Notes under the pieces: model-generated
What the model saw: the letters and a program-made list of their open reading frames with translations, nothing else
The model's database searches: none
Told to the model about the DNA's origin: nothing
Shown: positions 1 to 12,765 of the stretch, piece after piece
Layout: the number at the start of each line of letters is the position of its first letter
Numbering within the stretch: position 1 is the stretch's first letter
NCBI RefSeq assembly: GCF_046119375.1
Contig: NW_027362764.1
Location: forward strand, 734,142,001 to 734,206,000
Direction of reading: 5' to 3'
Length of the DNA: 64,000 nucleotides
DNA from: Phyllobates terribilis
Lineage: Eukaryota
Made by a program: the position numbers and the translations under genes

Positions 1-321
1 CTTCTGTAGGATCTTTTGATCCCAATTCCCACCTCTGTCTGGAGGCCTGATTCTATCAATGCCTACAAATCGCAATCAGTCTAGGTTACCACTATGAACA
101 TTGTTAATATGATTGTACAATTTGTACAAAAATGATATACCCCGTCCTTTGGCATAGCCTTTAAGGAGCTCACCAAGGTATATAGGGACCAAATTATGTC
201 ATGGTGGGAGGTGCAAAGCTTGGACAATTATATTAGATCAGGAAGAGAAGAGTTCTCAGCCAAATATGGAGTCAGTCACTACCTTCAAAGAATATAAAGA
301 AGCAAAAAACAGCATTACTAC

Positions 322-1616
322 TGACTCGCCCCCTGGGCCGTGGGGCACGCGGATCCGGGCATTAGGGAGACGCTGGGAGTAGTAGTGGCGGCCCGGTCCC
401 GCGGCTCAGGGTGGTCAGACCAATGGTAGTCTGCTACTGTACTTTAGATAGTGTCCGACTACGCCACCCGTGGATTTGCGGTCATTAGGAACCGCCGCTG
501 CAGGGCAGACCGCTGGGGCTGATGGTGGGTGCAGCTGAGGTGGTGTGACTCCCCACGGGAAGAGTGCAGCCCCAGGGCAGTGTAGTGGATGGTGGGAGTG
601 ATGGTGGTGAGAGTCCCAGTACCGGTAGTGCTGGAGGCGCAAAGGAGCACACAGACAACAAGTTACAGTCCAGGGTCTTTACTCACAGTTCATGTGCTCC
701 GGGTCACTTCGGCACCAGTAGTGACCGCCCGAGCCGTGCTGCGTCCACCAGGTGTGGGGCTCGGTCAACTCCCAGGCAGTTCAGAAGTATGGCTCAGGAC
801 CCCCTTTTGTCCTTTCTCTGGCCTGCCTCACCAGTGACCCACTTTTGTCCAGCTGCCGCGGACTTGTGCGGTTAAACGTGGGCCCTGTCCTCCGCTGTCC
901 TATATGGTGCCTTCCTAGCAGGTTTGATGAGGTGTCGCACCAATAAATGATCACGACGACCGGTCTTTGGCTGAGGGAAGTTTCTCCTCCACCAACTTGG
1001 GATCCGGTACCCTTAATCTGCCTGACCCTTCACCCTGTATTCTCGTGGGTTCTTAGGGTCCCTTCCACCTTCTTGTTCCTGAGCCCTTCGGTTTCTCTGT
1101 CTCTTCTTCTCCTTTTCTGTTCCTTCCTGTTCCTTTCTGTTCCTTTCTCTTGGAGCTGGGATGAGACGCAATCTCAGCTCCCCTTCACCTCCTCCTCGGC
1201 CTCTCACAAGGCCCTCCTGGAGTAGAGCTCCTACAGAGCCTCTACTCCCTGTCTTCTCCTCTCTGGACAGAACCTAGATCTAAGATGGTGCCCACCTTTT
1301 ATACCTCCCTCTGACCATGAGCCCAGGTGACCAGCAACCAATGGGCTCCTTCCTACGCTCAGGAACCAACCCCTATTTGCCCCTACAGCACTGGGTGTTC
1401 CACCCCCCTCCCCACTCCAGACAGGGACATAGTCGGTCGTGCCTGCACTTCTGTCTAGTGAGAACATCGTTGAGCTGTCCCTCGGAAATGGGGTGTGTGT
1501 GCTGTATGCAGCCTACTGAGCCCTGGTCCATACTCCATCCTTACCCGGGAGTGGAATATCACACCTCTGGTAGAGGTGCAATACCCCTGTAGCGGCCGAA
1601 CCCTCGGGGCGCTACA
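322..1616 (-). mobile_element. Solo LTR (Gypsy-like, 4-bp TSD), 1295 bp
   Basis: Starts TG (TGACTCGCCCC) and ends CA (GGGGCGCTACA) with imperfect terminal inverted repeats. Flanked by identical CTAC at 318-321 and 1617-1620. TATAAAAG on the minus strand at 1296-1303. No internal gag/pol. Confidence 0.8.
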
Positions 1617-1639
1617 CTACCATACTTAAACAACGGAGG

Positions 1640-2110
1640 TACTAGATAGATAGATATGAGATAAATATATCGATAGGGGATCGATAGGGGATAGATATGA
1701 GACAGATGATAGATATGAGACAAATAGATGATATGAGATATAGAGATGTGGTATAGATAGATGATAGATAATAGATAGAAATAAGATAGATAGATAAATG
1801 ATAGATATGAGATAGATAATAGATAGATATAAGATGGATAGATAAATGATAGATATGAGATATATAATAGATAGATATGAGATAGATAATAGATATAAGA
1901 TATTTAAATGATAGATATGAGATAGATGATCGATAGATATGAGATAGAGGGATAGATATATAGATGAAATACATAAATGGATATACAGTATATATGTGAT
2001 ATATGATAGATTAATAGAGATATTAGATAGATGTATCAATAATTTCATATCTGTCTATTATCTATATATAATCTTTCAATAATTTCATATCTGTCTATCA
2101 GTGTATCTCA
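1640..2110 (+). repeat. Degenerate (GATA)n-derived simple repeat
   Basis: Continuous GATA/GATAGA/GAGATA motifs on the plus strand. Confidence 0.95.
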
Positions 2111-2829
2111 TCTCTAGTTATCTTATCACACATCCACGCTAACAAAAAAACAGATCACACATACAAAATCTGAATAATCTGATTGATATTGTGCCGGTCC
2201 TACGGATATCACAGGAGTCTCCCTCAGACACAGTCATATATAAGGTAACGGGCAGTATATAAAGGCATATGTGTTCAGTGATTTCATTAACAAAGCGGCT
2301 GCCATGCTGAGCCGTCTGACTGTGAGCGGAGCCTCTCACAATACCACAGTGAACTCCCGTGTCCATAGCAACAGTAACTAATTCCCTTTTCTCCCCAATC
2401 ATGGTGGTAATTCGCTCCCATGGCCTGAATCGCTTATACACACACAAAAAAAAAAGTTTGAAAGACTTGAGCGAGCCAATGGCCGGGCCGCTGATCTGCT
2501 AATAGGAAATAATCTGCGGCTAATACACACATTCCAGGGCAGACGGGTGTTTTTCTAATGCTTTGTTAGACGGGCCTCTCTCCAAAGAAAGCAAGGTAGA
2601 GAATAGGAAACAGGCGGCCATTAATACTCGCAGAAAGCTACCTGCTCACAATTAATAATGCTGGAAACGTGCTGCTACTTGTACGGATTACAAGAAAATG
2701 ACAAGATTCATGGAAACTAACAAGTAGTGATTTATAGGTCTAAACACAGGCGGGGGCAATACACGGGAAAAATATCTATAATATCCTATGCATAGCAATC
2801 AGTATAGGTACAGAACATCCATCTCACCA

Positions 2830-4078
2830 CCATCTGGTCATCATCCTGCATGTGTGCCGCCTATTATCTATGGCTTCTGTAGTACTTATCTATTTTATAT
2901 CTATCTCTCCCCCTCATCCATCTATCTGTCCTATCTGATCTCTGTCCTATCTATCCATCCCATAACTATTATCTATCCATCCATCCATCTCTCCATCTTC
3001 CATCGATCTAGTTATCGTTTTAGCTCTCGATCTATTGTACCTATCATATATCTGTTTATTGTTCATTGACTATATCCATCTATTTAGTCTATCTGTACTG
3101 TGTCTTTATATGCAAATATAATATCCATCCGATATATCAATCATATCTATTCAACCATCTACCATATCCATTGATCCTATCTGTTTCTGTAGTTTCTATC
3201 TCTTGTATGACTATCATGTATTTATCTCTATTTCTATCTTATGTATCTGTATCTACAGTATTTATCTGTTATCTCTCTAAATATCTATTGACAATATCTC
3301 CCAATTCATCCATCCATCTAATGTATCTATCTACTGAATGTATCTTTCTATCTATCCATCTATCTGTTTATTGACCATATCAATCTTATAGCTATCACAT
3401 ACAGTGCCAGCAAAAAAAATCTTTACATGTAAAATCCGCATCATGATTTCACTTCTTAAAAGTGCACACAATGAAGGAGATAATCAAAAACTATATAATA
3501 GCAAAACTGGCTTAGTAAAATGTAAATATCAATAATAATTAATTAAAATACTAATTGTAACGAAATATCCACAATAAAACACTTGACCGTTAAGATTTTG
3601 TGGTTTCGTTGAATTTGTAAAGATTTTTTTTGCCGGCACTGTATCTCTCTCATATCTGTCTTGTATCTATCTATTTATCTACAGTATCTGTCTCAGATCT
3701 ATCCTTCCATTATCTATGTATGTATCTATCCATATATCTATCTCATATTTTTCTAATATCTATCTAGCTCATATCTATCCATCTAATACTGTATCTATCT
3801 ATATCTATCTATCTACCTCATATGTATCTATCTATCTATCCCATATCTATTATCTACCTATTTCATATATATCTATCTATCTCATATCTATCTATCTATC
3901 TATCTCATATCTATCTTTATATCTATCTTTCTATCCTTCTATCTATATATCTATCCCATATCTATCTATTTATCTATCTTTCTATCTCATATCTTTCTAT
4001 CTATCGCATATGTATCTGTCTCTCTATTATCTATCTATCTATCTCTCTATCTATACATTTCTCTCTCTATCTATCTAA
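2830..4078 (-). repeat. Degenerate (TATC)n simple repeat, interrupted by a MITE
   Basis: TATC/TCTA/CATC-rich tracts at about 2830-3400 and 3645-4078. Confidence 0.95.
3402..3641. mobile_element. Tc1/mariner-type MITE, 240 bp
   Basis: TIRs CAGTGCCAGCAAAAAAAATCTTTACA / TGTAAAGATTTTTTTTGCCGGCACTG. TA target duplication at 3400-3401 and 3642-3643. Confidence 0.9.
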
Positions 4079-4204
4079 TTTACTTGCTGAAGGGAAGAAT
4101 GTAGAAAGAATTAATGGTCAAAGAGAGATGAGCAGATCCTTTCGCGCAGCCCCAGTCCAAGGTCCAGGTCGGTGCTCTTGGCCGTGGCAGAAGTTGCACA
4201 AATT

Positions 4205-4335
4205 TCCTTACTTTCCGGGACTCCATATCCGACTTATGGTTAGACGAGCCGGCAATATATCATCTATACGCTGCACAGATGACGTCACGACGGGCCGGTG
4301 AATCAATCGCGGAGCACGGGAACCCGGAAGCTCAG
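4205..4335 (-). promoter_or_regulatory. Candidate CpG-rich promoter / first exon
   Basis: Local CpG enrichment, CRE TGACGTCA near 4280 and ETS core CCGGAAG near 4324. On the minus strand ATG GAG TCC CGG AAA is followed by GTAAGG (donor at 4211). No homology recognised. Confidence 0.22.
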
Positions 4336-5510
4336 GAAATTGTGCAGCTCCTTCCAGGGCCAGAGACAGCCCACCTGGACCGTGGACTGGGCTTCTGTGA
4401 AGCGATCCGCACATCTTTAGGGCCCAAAGGGGGCAGCAGCTTTTGTTATAAAAAGTAGAATATAAAATCCAAGAGATCATTATATTCTGAAGCACCAGAA
4501 ATAGTTAACAGCAGGATACGGTAATGTCGTGGTGGATCCTATAGTGACTTCACTTGTATTATATTTATGGTATATGTGTAATCACCAAAGACCACAATTA
4601 TACTCCGTATAATAAGACTGCATAATCATTCTAGAGCCTCCATGCTAATGGTTTCCACATAGCAAAGAATAAAACAAACGGAAAAATATGATTAAAACAA
4701 GTTCAATAAAGAGTATGTTATTAAGATGACCATACAGACCATCTTAATCGCAGGTGGAGCGTCACTTTAACATTTACAAGCTCCACACCTTCAGTGGCTG
4801 TACAGATTACGGAGGTTGTTGAGCCGCATTTCTGGGAGGCCAAAACAATGAAGGTTATCCCCGGCTCCAAGCAGGTGTTACCCATTATGATTACTATATG
4901 AGGTACATACGACAAGGGAAATCCTAGCTGCTCCCTACACCCTGCAGGAATGCAGTTTAGCTTCTCGGAATTAACCCTTGCTTGCACATCAGAAAGTGCA
5001 AACCGCTCATGTATAATTAACCATTGGATCCTGTAAAGCTAGAAGATCCAGTCGGTTGTCATTACTCCTATCTGTCTGATATGGGGTGGACCCTATTCTC
5101 ACTAAAGTATGATTAATAATTGATATGAACTCCAAAGCCTCATTGCATCACATTGATTGTATCGTCCAGCGGCATCAGAAATAAACCGTTCAGAATTACA
5201 TATTTTTCATTTGGCACAGGAGACTAAACCCCCGTATAGCACCAAGTGCCGTCCTGTCTGATCCTCTGTAGTGTGAGATCAGGATTACCGGAAAGTAAGG
5301 CTAAAAGGAAACTGTCAGCACGATTTTACTACTGAAACTAGTGGCAGTATTATTCCTAGTACAACAATAAAAAGGGTATTTGTTCCCTAGTAATGCCCAT
5401 GTGCCAGCGCTGAAAAATCAAGTTTTGGAAGACAATGCACGGAGGCTCATTTCATTTGGCTTCAAAGTTTAATTTCTCAGCACTGGCATAACAGGTGATG
5501 CATACTGTAA

Positions 5511-5708
5511 GGTCTCGGCTCCACTATCAGTATTCGGTCAGTATTTTTTCTCAGGAGTGGGTGATAAATGCAGAATTGGTGACTTGTTTCTATTATACCT
5601 TTTCTCTGATTGTTCCTCACCTGGTTTTGGCTCCCACTCCTGAGAAAAAATACTGACCGAATACTGATAGTGGGGCCGTGGCCTAATACTGATAGTGGGG
5701 CCGTGGCC
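5511..5708. mobile_element. PIF/Harbinger (Tourist-like) MITE with duplicated right end
   Basis: Long inverted arms (...CCACTATCAGTATTCGGTCAGTATTTTTTCTCAGGAGTGGG / CCCACTCCTGAGAAAAAATACTGACCGAATACTGATAGTGG...). TAA/TTA flanks. Terminal 25 bp tandemly duplicated (5661-5709). Confidence 0.75.
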
Positions 5709-6070
5709 TTACTGTGAAATTCTGATGATCTTTGTGCCCTGTGATGACCACATATGACAAATCTGATGGAAGCAAACCTTAAAGGAGTTGTCCACTAATA
5801 TGTCAACCCTTTCTCAATCATTTTGTTTCACCATGTAAAATAAAAACAGCCTGTACTCAATTACGGTGCTGGTGCATTTCTAGAAATGTCTACAACGGAT
5901 CTCCCAGAGCTCATGTGACACTTTTATGTCACGTGAGCCCTGGTGCCAAACAGTGGTCGCCAATGGACCGCTTCAGTCTCATTTTGTTTGGACGACACTG
6001 ACATCTGGGAGAAGTCAGAACTGCTTCAGCTCTCTCCCTTCCTCCAAGGTGCTGTGAAAACAAAATGCCA

Positions 6071-6476
6071 CTCATACTGCTGTCCACCTTGTCTTTCTGA
6101 TCGAATACTGGCGATATAAGGGGTGCTTAGGTAAGAAGAGGCTGCTGACACTGCTGTATACCTTGTATTTTTGATCTAATGCTGAAAATACCAGATGTGC
6201 TAAAAAAAAGAAGAGGCTGTTCACACTGTTGTCCACCCTGTCTATATGATCTAATACTGGAGATACCATAAGTGCTGAAGTAAAAAGAGGCTGCTCACAC
6301 TGCTGTCCACCCTATCTATCTAATTCTAATACTGGAGATGCCAGAGGTAAGAAGAGGCTGCTCACACTGCTGTCCACCAATTGTATCTGATCTAATACTG
6401 GAGATACCAGGGGTGCTGAGGTAAGGAGAGGTTGCTCACACTGCTGTACATCCTGTCTATCTAATCTAATACTGAA
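6071..6476. repeat. ~72-bp tandem repeat, about 6 copies
   Basis: AAGAGGCTGCTCACACTGCTGTCCACC...CTAATACTGGAGATACC recurs at about 6136, 6211, 6285, 6353 and 6425. Confidence 0.85.
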
Positions 6477-7735
6477 GAATGCTTACATTTGACTACAATC
6501 CAGCTACAATTCATTTTTAGCTGGATCAATAAACAGTCTGAACAAGCTTTTATGTCTTGCCCAAAAATTGGAGAGCAACTGGATCCTTTTTCTGGTCATC
6601 TGTTAACAGATCCGCTTAAGTATTGTGCATGCATAAAACAATAGAAAAATGAATCCATTAGGAAACTAACGTGTGCATCCGCTTGTGCTTCGTAACGGAT
6701 CCATTTATTTATTTTTTTTAAATATTGTATTCATTAATCCGTTACAAACGAATGGACATTTGAACATAACTTTAAAGTATATGATATAGGTCAGGCCATC
6801 TCCAGGTCACTACGGTTATTACTGGCACTTTGTACTGCACATGATCTCAGGCACCAGTCCAATTAACATTCTAGGGGACGGTAACATCAGGAAAACAAGT
6901 GTGACTAGTCAATTAAAGATAGTTAGGAAAGTAGAAGTTTATTAATTCTTCCTTTTCGTATTTTTTTCCTAACCCTTTAAAGGAAAAGTATTACCACCCA
7001 TGCATTGCTTTTACAACTTTCACTTTAAAATCGTCAGAAACAAATTCTTGCTGCTGCTCATTCATGATCCTGAGCATTTCTCCATAATTAGAATCTTATA
7101 AGCGTTCCAAAACCCTAAATAATAGCATGCCTGAGACGTTAGTTGCTCAACTCCAGGCTCATAAAATGCATAATAGTCTTCAGTGTCCTTGGTTTATTGT
7201 TTTGCTCAAGATCCTTCTTTATTTTGTAACACACAAACCACAATCTCGCCTCTTCGCCTTTGTGAGATATGTAACTGTTCTTTGTTCTCTTTTATAAATC
7301 GTTAATGATAAAAGGTTTAGGAAACAGTTCTGTGAACTACGGGAGGGATGTTACTAATTGGTAAGATAGAATCATATTTCTCTGTATGTATTTTAATGAG
7401 CGAGACCTAGCTTTCGGTTCTAGGATATGAACGTTAATTGTTTTTCTTTGGATTGACATCTGTTGATGGGCTAGACGGAAAGCAGCAAAAAGAGGAGAAA
7501 GAAGTAGCTTTCAGAAAAGTTGACAGACTCTAAGGGAGGTAAAGTCACTGTTTTTTAATTCAGTTCCTATCTAAGTGAACAACATAAATATTCAAAAGAT
7601 AAAAAAGGGCAAAAATAGCATTCCTACAAAAGAATACTGGATAACGGCCCATTAAAAATTTTTTACACAATTATTTCCAACATCAAAGCTGAATGATACG
7701 TATCAACATTTGAGATGCAAACTTTTTGACATATA

Positions 7736-8258
7736 GTCTGTGTGCCCACTATGCGTTTTTTAAGCGTTTCCGCAGCGGCAAGCCAGGACAGATCGCTAAG
7801 GACACCGGGGGCCATCAGAAGGTAAGTATAATGTTTATTTTTTACCATTCTTTTATGGTCACACTATATAAATTCATGCCGGTTGCATGGATTTGTATAG
7901 TGTGACCAAGTTGTCAAGCACTTTCCAAGTGATGCTAAAATCGCTTGGAAAGCGCCTGACAACCCGCATGCGGAAATAAATGTGAAGAACGCTTCACATC
8001 CGTATGTCCCTGGCAGGAAAAACGCATGTACAATCCGCATGTACAATCCGCATGTACAATCCGCATGTACAATCCGCATGTACAATCCACATGTACAATC
8101 CGCATGTACAATCCGCATGTACAATCCACATGTACAAACCGCATGTACAATCCGCATGTACAATCTGCATGTACAATCCGCATGCGTTTTTTCTGCCAGG
8201 GAGATGCAGAAACGCTCAGGAAAAATCCGGAGCATTTCTGCATCGTGGGCACTTAGCC
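7736..8258. mobile_element. Harbinger-type MITE containing a 13-bp minisatellite
   Basis: Termini GTCTGTGTGCCCAC / GTGGGCACTTAGCC followed by TTA. Confidence 0.65.
8025..8180. repeat. 13-bp minisatellite (CATGTACAATCCG) x ~12
   Basis: Direct tandem units. These account for the MYNPHVQSACTIR-type ORFs. Confidence 0.95.
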
Positions 8259-8533
8259 TTAAACCCCGACCCAAAAACACTCATGAATTTACCTTAAACT
8301 ACTACTTTAGCAAAACCATTCCTGGAGAAATTAGGAGTCTTGGCAAGTGTTCAAAACTAATCAACTCAGCTTCATTTAAATGTGTCCTGCTCACCTATGG
8401 TAATATTTTCATAGGGGACAAGGTGGAGACATGATTGGCAATATCCCAATGAAGGTGTGGATGGATATCCCAAATCATGGAAAACCTAAAAGTTTTGGTT
8501 TCTTTGCAACAAACTTTAGAATACTGTTATTAA

Positions 8534-8827
8534 AGAGGTTGTCCACTACTTTTCCATTGATGACCTATCCCAAGGATAGGTCATCAATGTCTGATCTGCC
8601 GGGGTCCGACACCTCCGTCGATCAGCTGTTATCTGTGTTGGTGGCGGGCGGAAGTAATCACTTGTGGAGCTGACCATCTTTTGATTGTGGCAGCTTCAGG
8701 GTACTACACATCCGCCTCGTATTGATTTGAATAGGAGTCGGATGTGTAGTACCAAGAATCAGCGCAGCTCGGCAAATGAATAATTCTGAAGGATAGGTCA
8801 TCAATGTAAAAGTAGTGGATGACCTCT
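8534..8827. mobile_element. T2/Kolobok-type MITE
   Basis: TTAA at 8530-8533 and 8828-8831. TIR AGAGGTTGTCCACTACTTTT / AAAAGTAGTGGATGACCTCT. Confidence 0.85.
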
Positions 8828-9859
8828 TTAAAAGGGACTATGCGGGACTTTGCTAATTTTTTTTTTTGTTTAGGGCTAAGAATTTACCAGCAGGTAGTTG
8901 CTAACTACCTGGTCGTTTTGTCCAGCAATGATCTCTGCCGGTTCACAGTGGTCATGGATTGCACCTACCTCAGTCCGTGACCACTCTGAACTGGCAAAGA
9001 TCATTGCTGGACAACTCCTGCTTCCAGTGACGGCATGCCGACAAAGCAGTTTCTTCTCTTCCACTCCGCTCTGTCGACAGAGCATCACTGCTAACATTAT
9101 GCTGATTGACAGCAGGCTCAACAATGCCTAACTGTGGGGAGCCGGCTATTCATCAGCAGAACATCGGTTGTGACGCCCCGTTGACAGAGTAGACGAGAAG
9201 AGAAATAGCTGCTCTGTTCATGTTACTCTGTCCCCACCTGAGCAGAAACAGATCGTAGATGGACACAACATGCAGATAGCTGAACCAAAACTACCTGCTG
9301 GAAAGTTCCTATCCATATACAAAAAAATAATCAACATCTAAAATAACCCCTTTAACTTCTATTCCAGATAATTAAAAATTGGCAAATTTGAAATACATTT
9401 AGGCCTATATATTGAGTCATTTATTGACTAATTTGACACCCACATAGCGTCAGCAACTTTCAATATTTCGTAAGCACAGGAAATTGCATTGCAGTAACAA
9501 TAAAAAAAATAATTTTAGAAAGAACTGATAACTACCTCAGTAAACTCTATGATGTGTTGACCTTACAGTACATAGCAGGCTTAGCTCAACCACACATTAA
9601 AATTTGGCATCTTAGACGCATAGAGATCTGGTAGGTTCTACGTAAATTGCAAATGTAGCATGAATATAATTTATCAAACTCTAACATTCCAGACCTTTCT
9701 GTGTTCTTTTGGAAAGCTATTAGTTTTTGAATAAGACTCATAACTGTGCTTCCAGATGCCATACCTAGAGTTGTACCTATAGTCTATTCTTCCAGGAGGC
9801 CATACCTATCTGAGTAGGACCCACAGCTGTTCTCCTATAGATATTGATGCTGAGTAGGA

Positions 9860-10030
9860 GGCGCTATAGTTCTGTTCTTCCAACAGGTCATAACACTGTG
9901 GGACTTAAAGCTCTGTTCATTAAGAAGGCCATGACTACCTGAATGGAACCTAAAGACAGATTTTACTAGGTGGCCATAACTGAATGGGACCTTTAACTCT
10001 TCTCTTCTGGAAGGCCTTTTCTTATCAGCT
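9860..10030 (+). pseudogene. Possible decayed DIRS tyrosine-recombinase fragment
   Basis: Frameshifted pieces LWDLKL and VAIT...SGRPFLI resemble, from memory, the PWDLNLVL and VAITS...PFLI blocks of amphibian DIRS recombinases. Multiple stops. Confidence 0.3.
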
Positions 10031-10181
10031 TGAGTGTGAGCATTGCACACACTGATCTTCAAAATTAAAGTAGCTGTCCCTGCAGTAAACATTACATGGA
10101 TCAATTCACAATATTTCCCATTACAGGTATTAAAAATTGAGAAAAATAGTGACTTCCTCTTACCGAACCAAGAACTAGTGG

Positions 10182-10232
10182 AAACGTATGCTCATTACTC
10201 AAAACGTATGCTCATTACTCAAAACGTATGCT
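10182..10232. repeat. 20-bp tandem duplication (AAAACGTATGCTCATTACTC x 2.5)
   Basis: Direct exact repeats. Confidence 0.9.
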
Positions 10233-11458
10233 TATTCCTATTGCTCACTCTGCTGAATCCTCATACCTTTTCTCATTCGTAGCAATCTTCTGTTCCCCTA
10301 CACAAATGACTTCTACACTGGTCAATTAAACACTAGAGCCTGAGCAGTATAGCAATATACCACATACAAATATTAACTAATGAGCAAGCAAGTATGGGGA
10401 TGTAGTACTATTTCTTGTCACTGTGCCAGACTCCGTGGTACAATTATTTTTTAACTACTAAATCAGAAGGAGTACTTACTGGAGACTATATTCCCAGATG
10501 CCAGAGGGGGAAGGAGACTGATTTGTGTCAAAGTTTAGCAGAAGAGCGGGAAGTTAAAAAGATATAGAGAGCATACAATGGTTGCAGAGTTTTGCGCAGA
10601 AAACAGAAATGGTCCACCTGCCTATTCATATTGTCACAGATTAGTGGTGGGACTAATGGGGGACAAAGAGCGGGAGAAAATAATATGGTTTTGAATGTGG
10701 GAACAGTGATAAATAGTTAAATAGTGGTGAACATTCTTTTGTAAACTTTTAGCTAAACTAGATTTCTTTGAAAACCCCTGAACTTCCAGTTATCAGGTAC
10801 GTATAACCTGACTTAGGATGTTAAGACGAATCTACCAGTATTTATAACAAAAAAAGAAAAAAAATGTTAAAAGAAAGGTTTGCTTTACTGCCTTGTACAT
10901 TTATGTATAAACAAATGATCTATGTCTTTATAGATACAGATGATAACTTCCATACTTTTCCTCTTGGCTTGATATATACTTAGATGACTGGTGCATGACG
11001 AACAGAGAAAAAAAATAACAAAAAACCTTTGCATTACTCTTTTGGGTGTTATGAGTAACACACAGATTTTATCCCAAAGATATCTTTCGTGACTCATCTC
11101 CTTTTATAGGAAAGGAATATGGGCACACTATTGGGAAAACATATATTTTCTAGGCTTTGAAGGACACCAGAAGTAAGGTTGCCCAACAATTGCCCAATAA
11201 TATCTGTGGCCAACCTTGACCGTAATTGTGTTGCTCAAGACACGGGATGTCATAAAAAAAAATCAACATTGTAGACAGAAAGTTCTGACAAAGGGGGTTA
11301 TTGAAAGTAAAGTGAAAAGAAAAATCAACAACTCTCCCAAACCAACAATTTTTTCAAGTTATGTAGTCCCTGTTTTCCAGAAATTGGTCATATTCTACAT
11401 CACCTCATCCCGGATTCAACAAACTGCTTTCATCAGAATTTTGGCAAAAATGGTTATA

Positions 11459-11750
11459 GGAACTTTCATCACCAGCAGTTCGCCCCCAGCAATTTGCCCC
11501 CAGCAGTTCGCCCCCAGGTACATTTCGCCCCCAGGAAGATTCGCCCACGCACGTTTCGCCCACGCACGTTTCGCCCACGCACGTTTCGCCCACGCACGGT
11601 TCGCCCCTGGATCGAGGTGAACTGGGGGCGATATGTGCGGGGGTGAAATGTGCAGGGGCAAAACATCCTGGGGGCCAAATGCTGGGGACAAAACGTGCGG
11701 GGGCGAAATGTACCTGGGGGCAAACTGCTGGGGGCGAAACATCCAATTCC
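11459..11750. mobile_element. Foldback-like element built from 15-bp subrepeats
   Basis: Left arm of TTCGCCC(C) repeats (CACGTTTCGCCCACG) mirrored by a right arm of GGGGCGAA repeats. GGAA...TTCC ends. No TSD found. Confidence 0.6.
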
Positions 11751-12059
11751 CAGCAAAAATATGTTTGACATTTCAAAAATCATTTCTGTTCAACTTATAG
11801 TTGTGAAAAAAGTTTGTAATGTTTGGGTTTTATGCTTCAACGGCCAGCTCTTCTAACTTTTTGAAAACTGGGCAGAGCTTAGCCCGTAGGGTATGTGGCC
11901 AAATGTGGCTGACAAATTCATCATAATTTACACCAAAAAACTGGTTACAACTAAAAAAACTGGTTGCAACTAAACTAAATTACAACAGATATGGTCTCAG
12001 ACTACAGTACATTTCTCACAGTGGCACATGGCAGCTGAAAAATGTGCAAAATTCATTAA

Positions 12060-12765
12060 AGGAAATCTGTCACCCCCCTTGTCACTTATCTGACCTCTAA
12101 TATGGGCATATAGGTGATAGAAATCTAAATCTGTACATTCCTGTATGCCTCATATTAGAGGTCTTGTTGCTGTGAAATGTCTTTTTATACATACAATACT
12201 ACAATAATATATGTGTTCCCTCTCCGGGGCCCACAAGAAATCGCCACCTCCTGTGTGAATTACAATGTTTCCCCCCTCCCCTGCATGTCACAGTGCCCTG
12301 TGATGTGCAGTTGCGGTGGTCAAATCCCATGCATTTCACTTTTTACAAAAGGCACACTTCTTCCTCTTGTCTTTGGTCATAGTACTGCTGGGATCTTGTG
12401 CGCAGGCGAGTCACGGTGACTTCCCGGCGCCTGCGCACAAGATCCCTGCAGTACTATGACTGCATAGTACATAGTACAAGTGCGCCTTCTGTAAAAAGTG
12501 AAGTGCGCAGGCACACAATTTGGCTGTACTTTCAAGTCACAGGGCACTGTGACGTGCAGGGGAGGGGGGGAACATTATAATTCACAGGAGGCAGGGATTT
12601 CTTGCGGGCCCCAGGACGGGAATGCACCAGAAACTTGTAGGAATAAAAAGACATTTCAACAAGACCTCTAATCTGAGGCATACAGGTTTGTAGAGATTTA
12701 CATTTCTATCACTTGTATGCCCATATTAGTAGGTCAGATAAGTCCCAGGGGGTGACAGATTCCCT
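12060..12765. mobile_element. T2/Kolobok-type palindromic MITE
   Basis: TTAA flanks (12056-12059, 12766-12769). TIR AGGAAATCTGTCACCCCC / GGGGGTGACAGATTCCCT. Arms complementary over most of the length. Confidence 0.85.

Noticed and set aside
1626-4301. I/Y/L/S-rich ORFs of 100-160 aa
   Set aside because: Translations of GATA/TATC simple repeats.
7864-8434. Cluster of overlapping ORFs
   Set aside because: Produced by the 13-bp minisatellite inside a MITE.
11075-11105. Minus-strand GATGAGTCACGAAAGATATCT as a hammerhead
   Set aside because: C3 and U4 are absent and there is no stem I complementarity. Likely chance.
11216-11856. ORFs with HARFA/VGETC repeats
   Set aside because: Translations of the 15-bp foldback modules.
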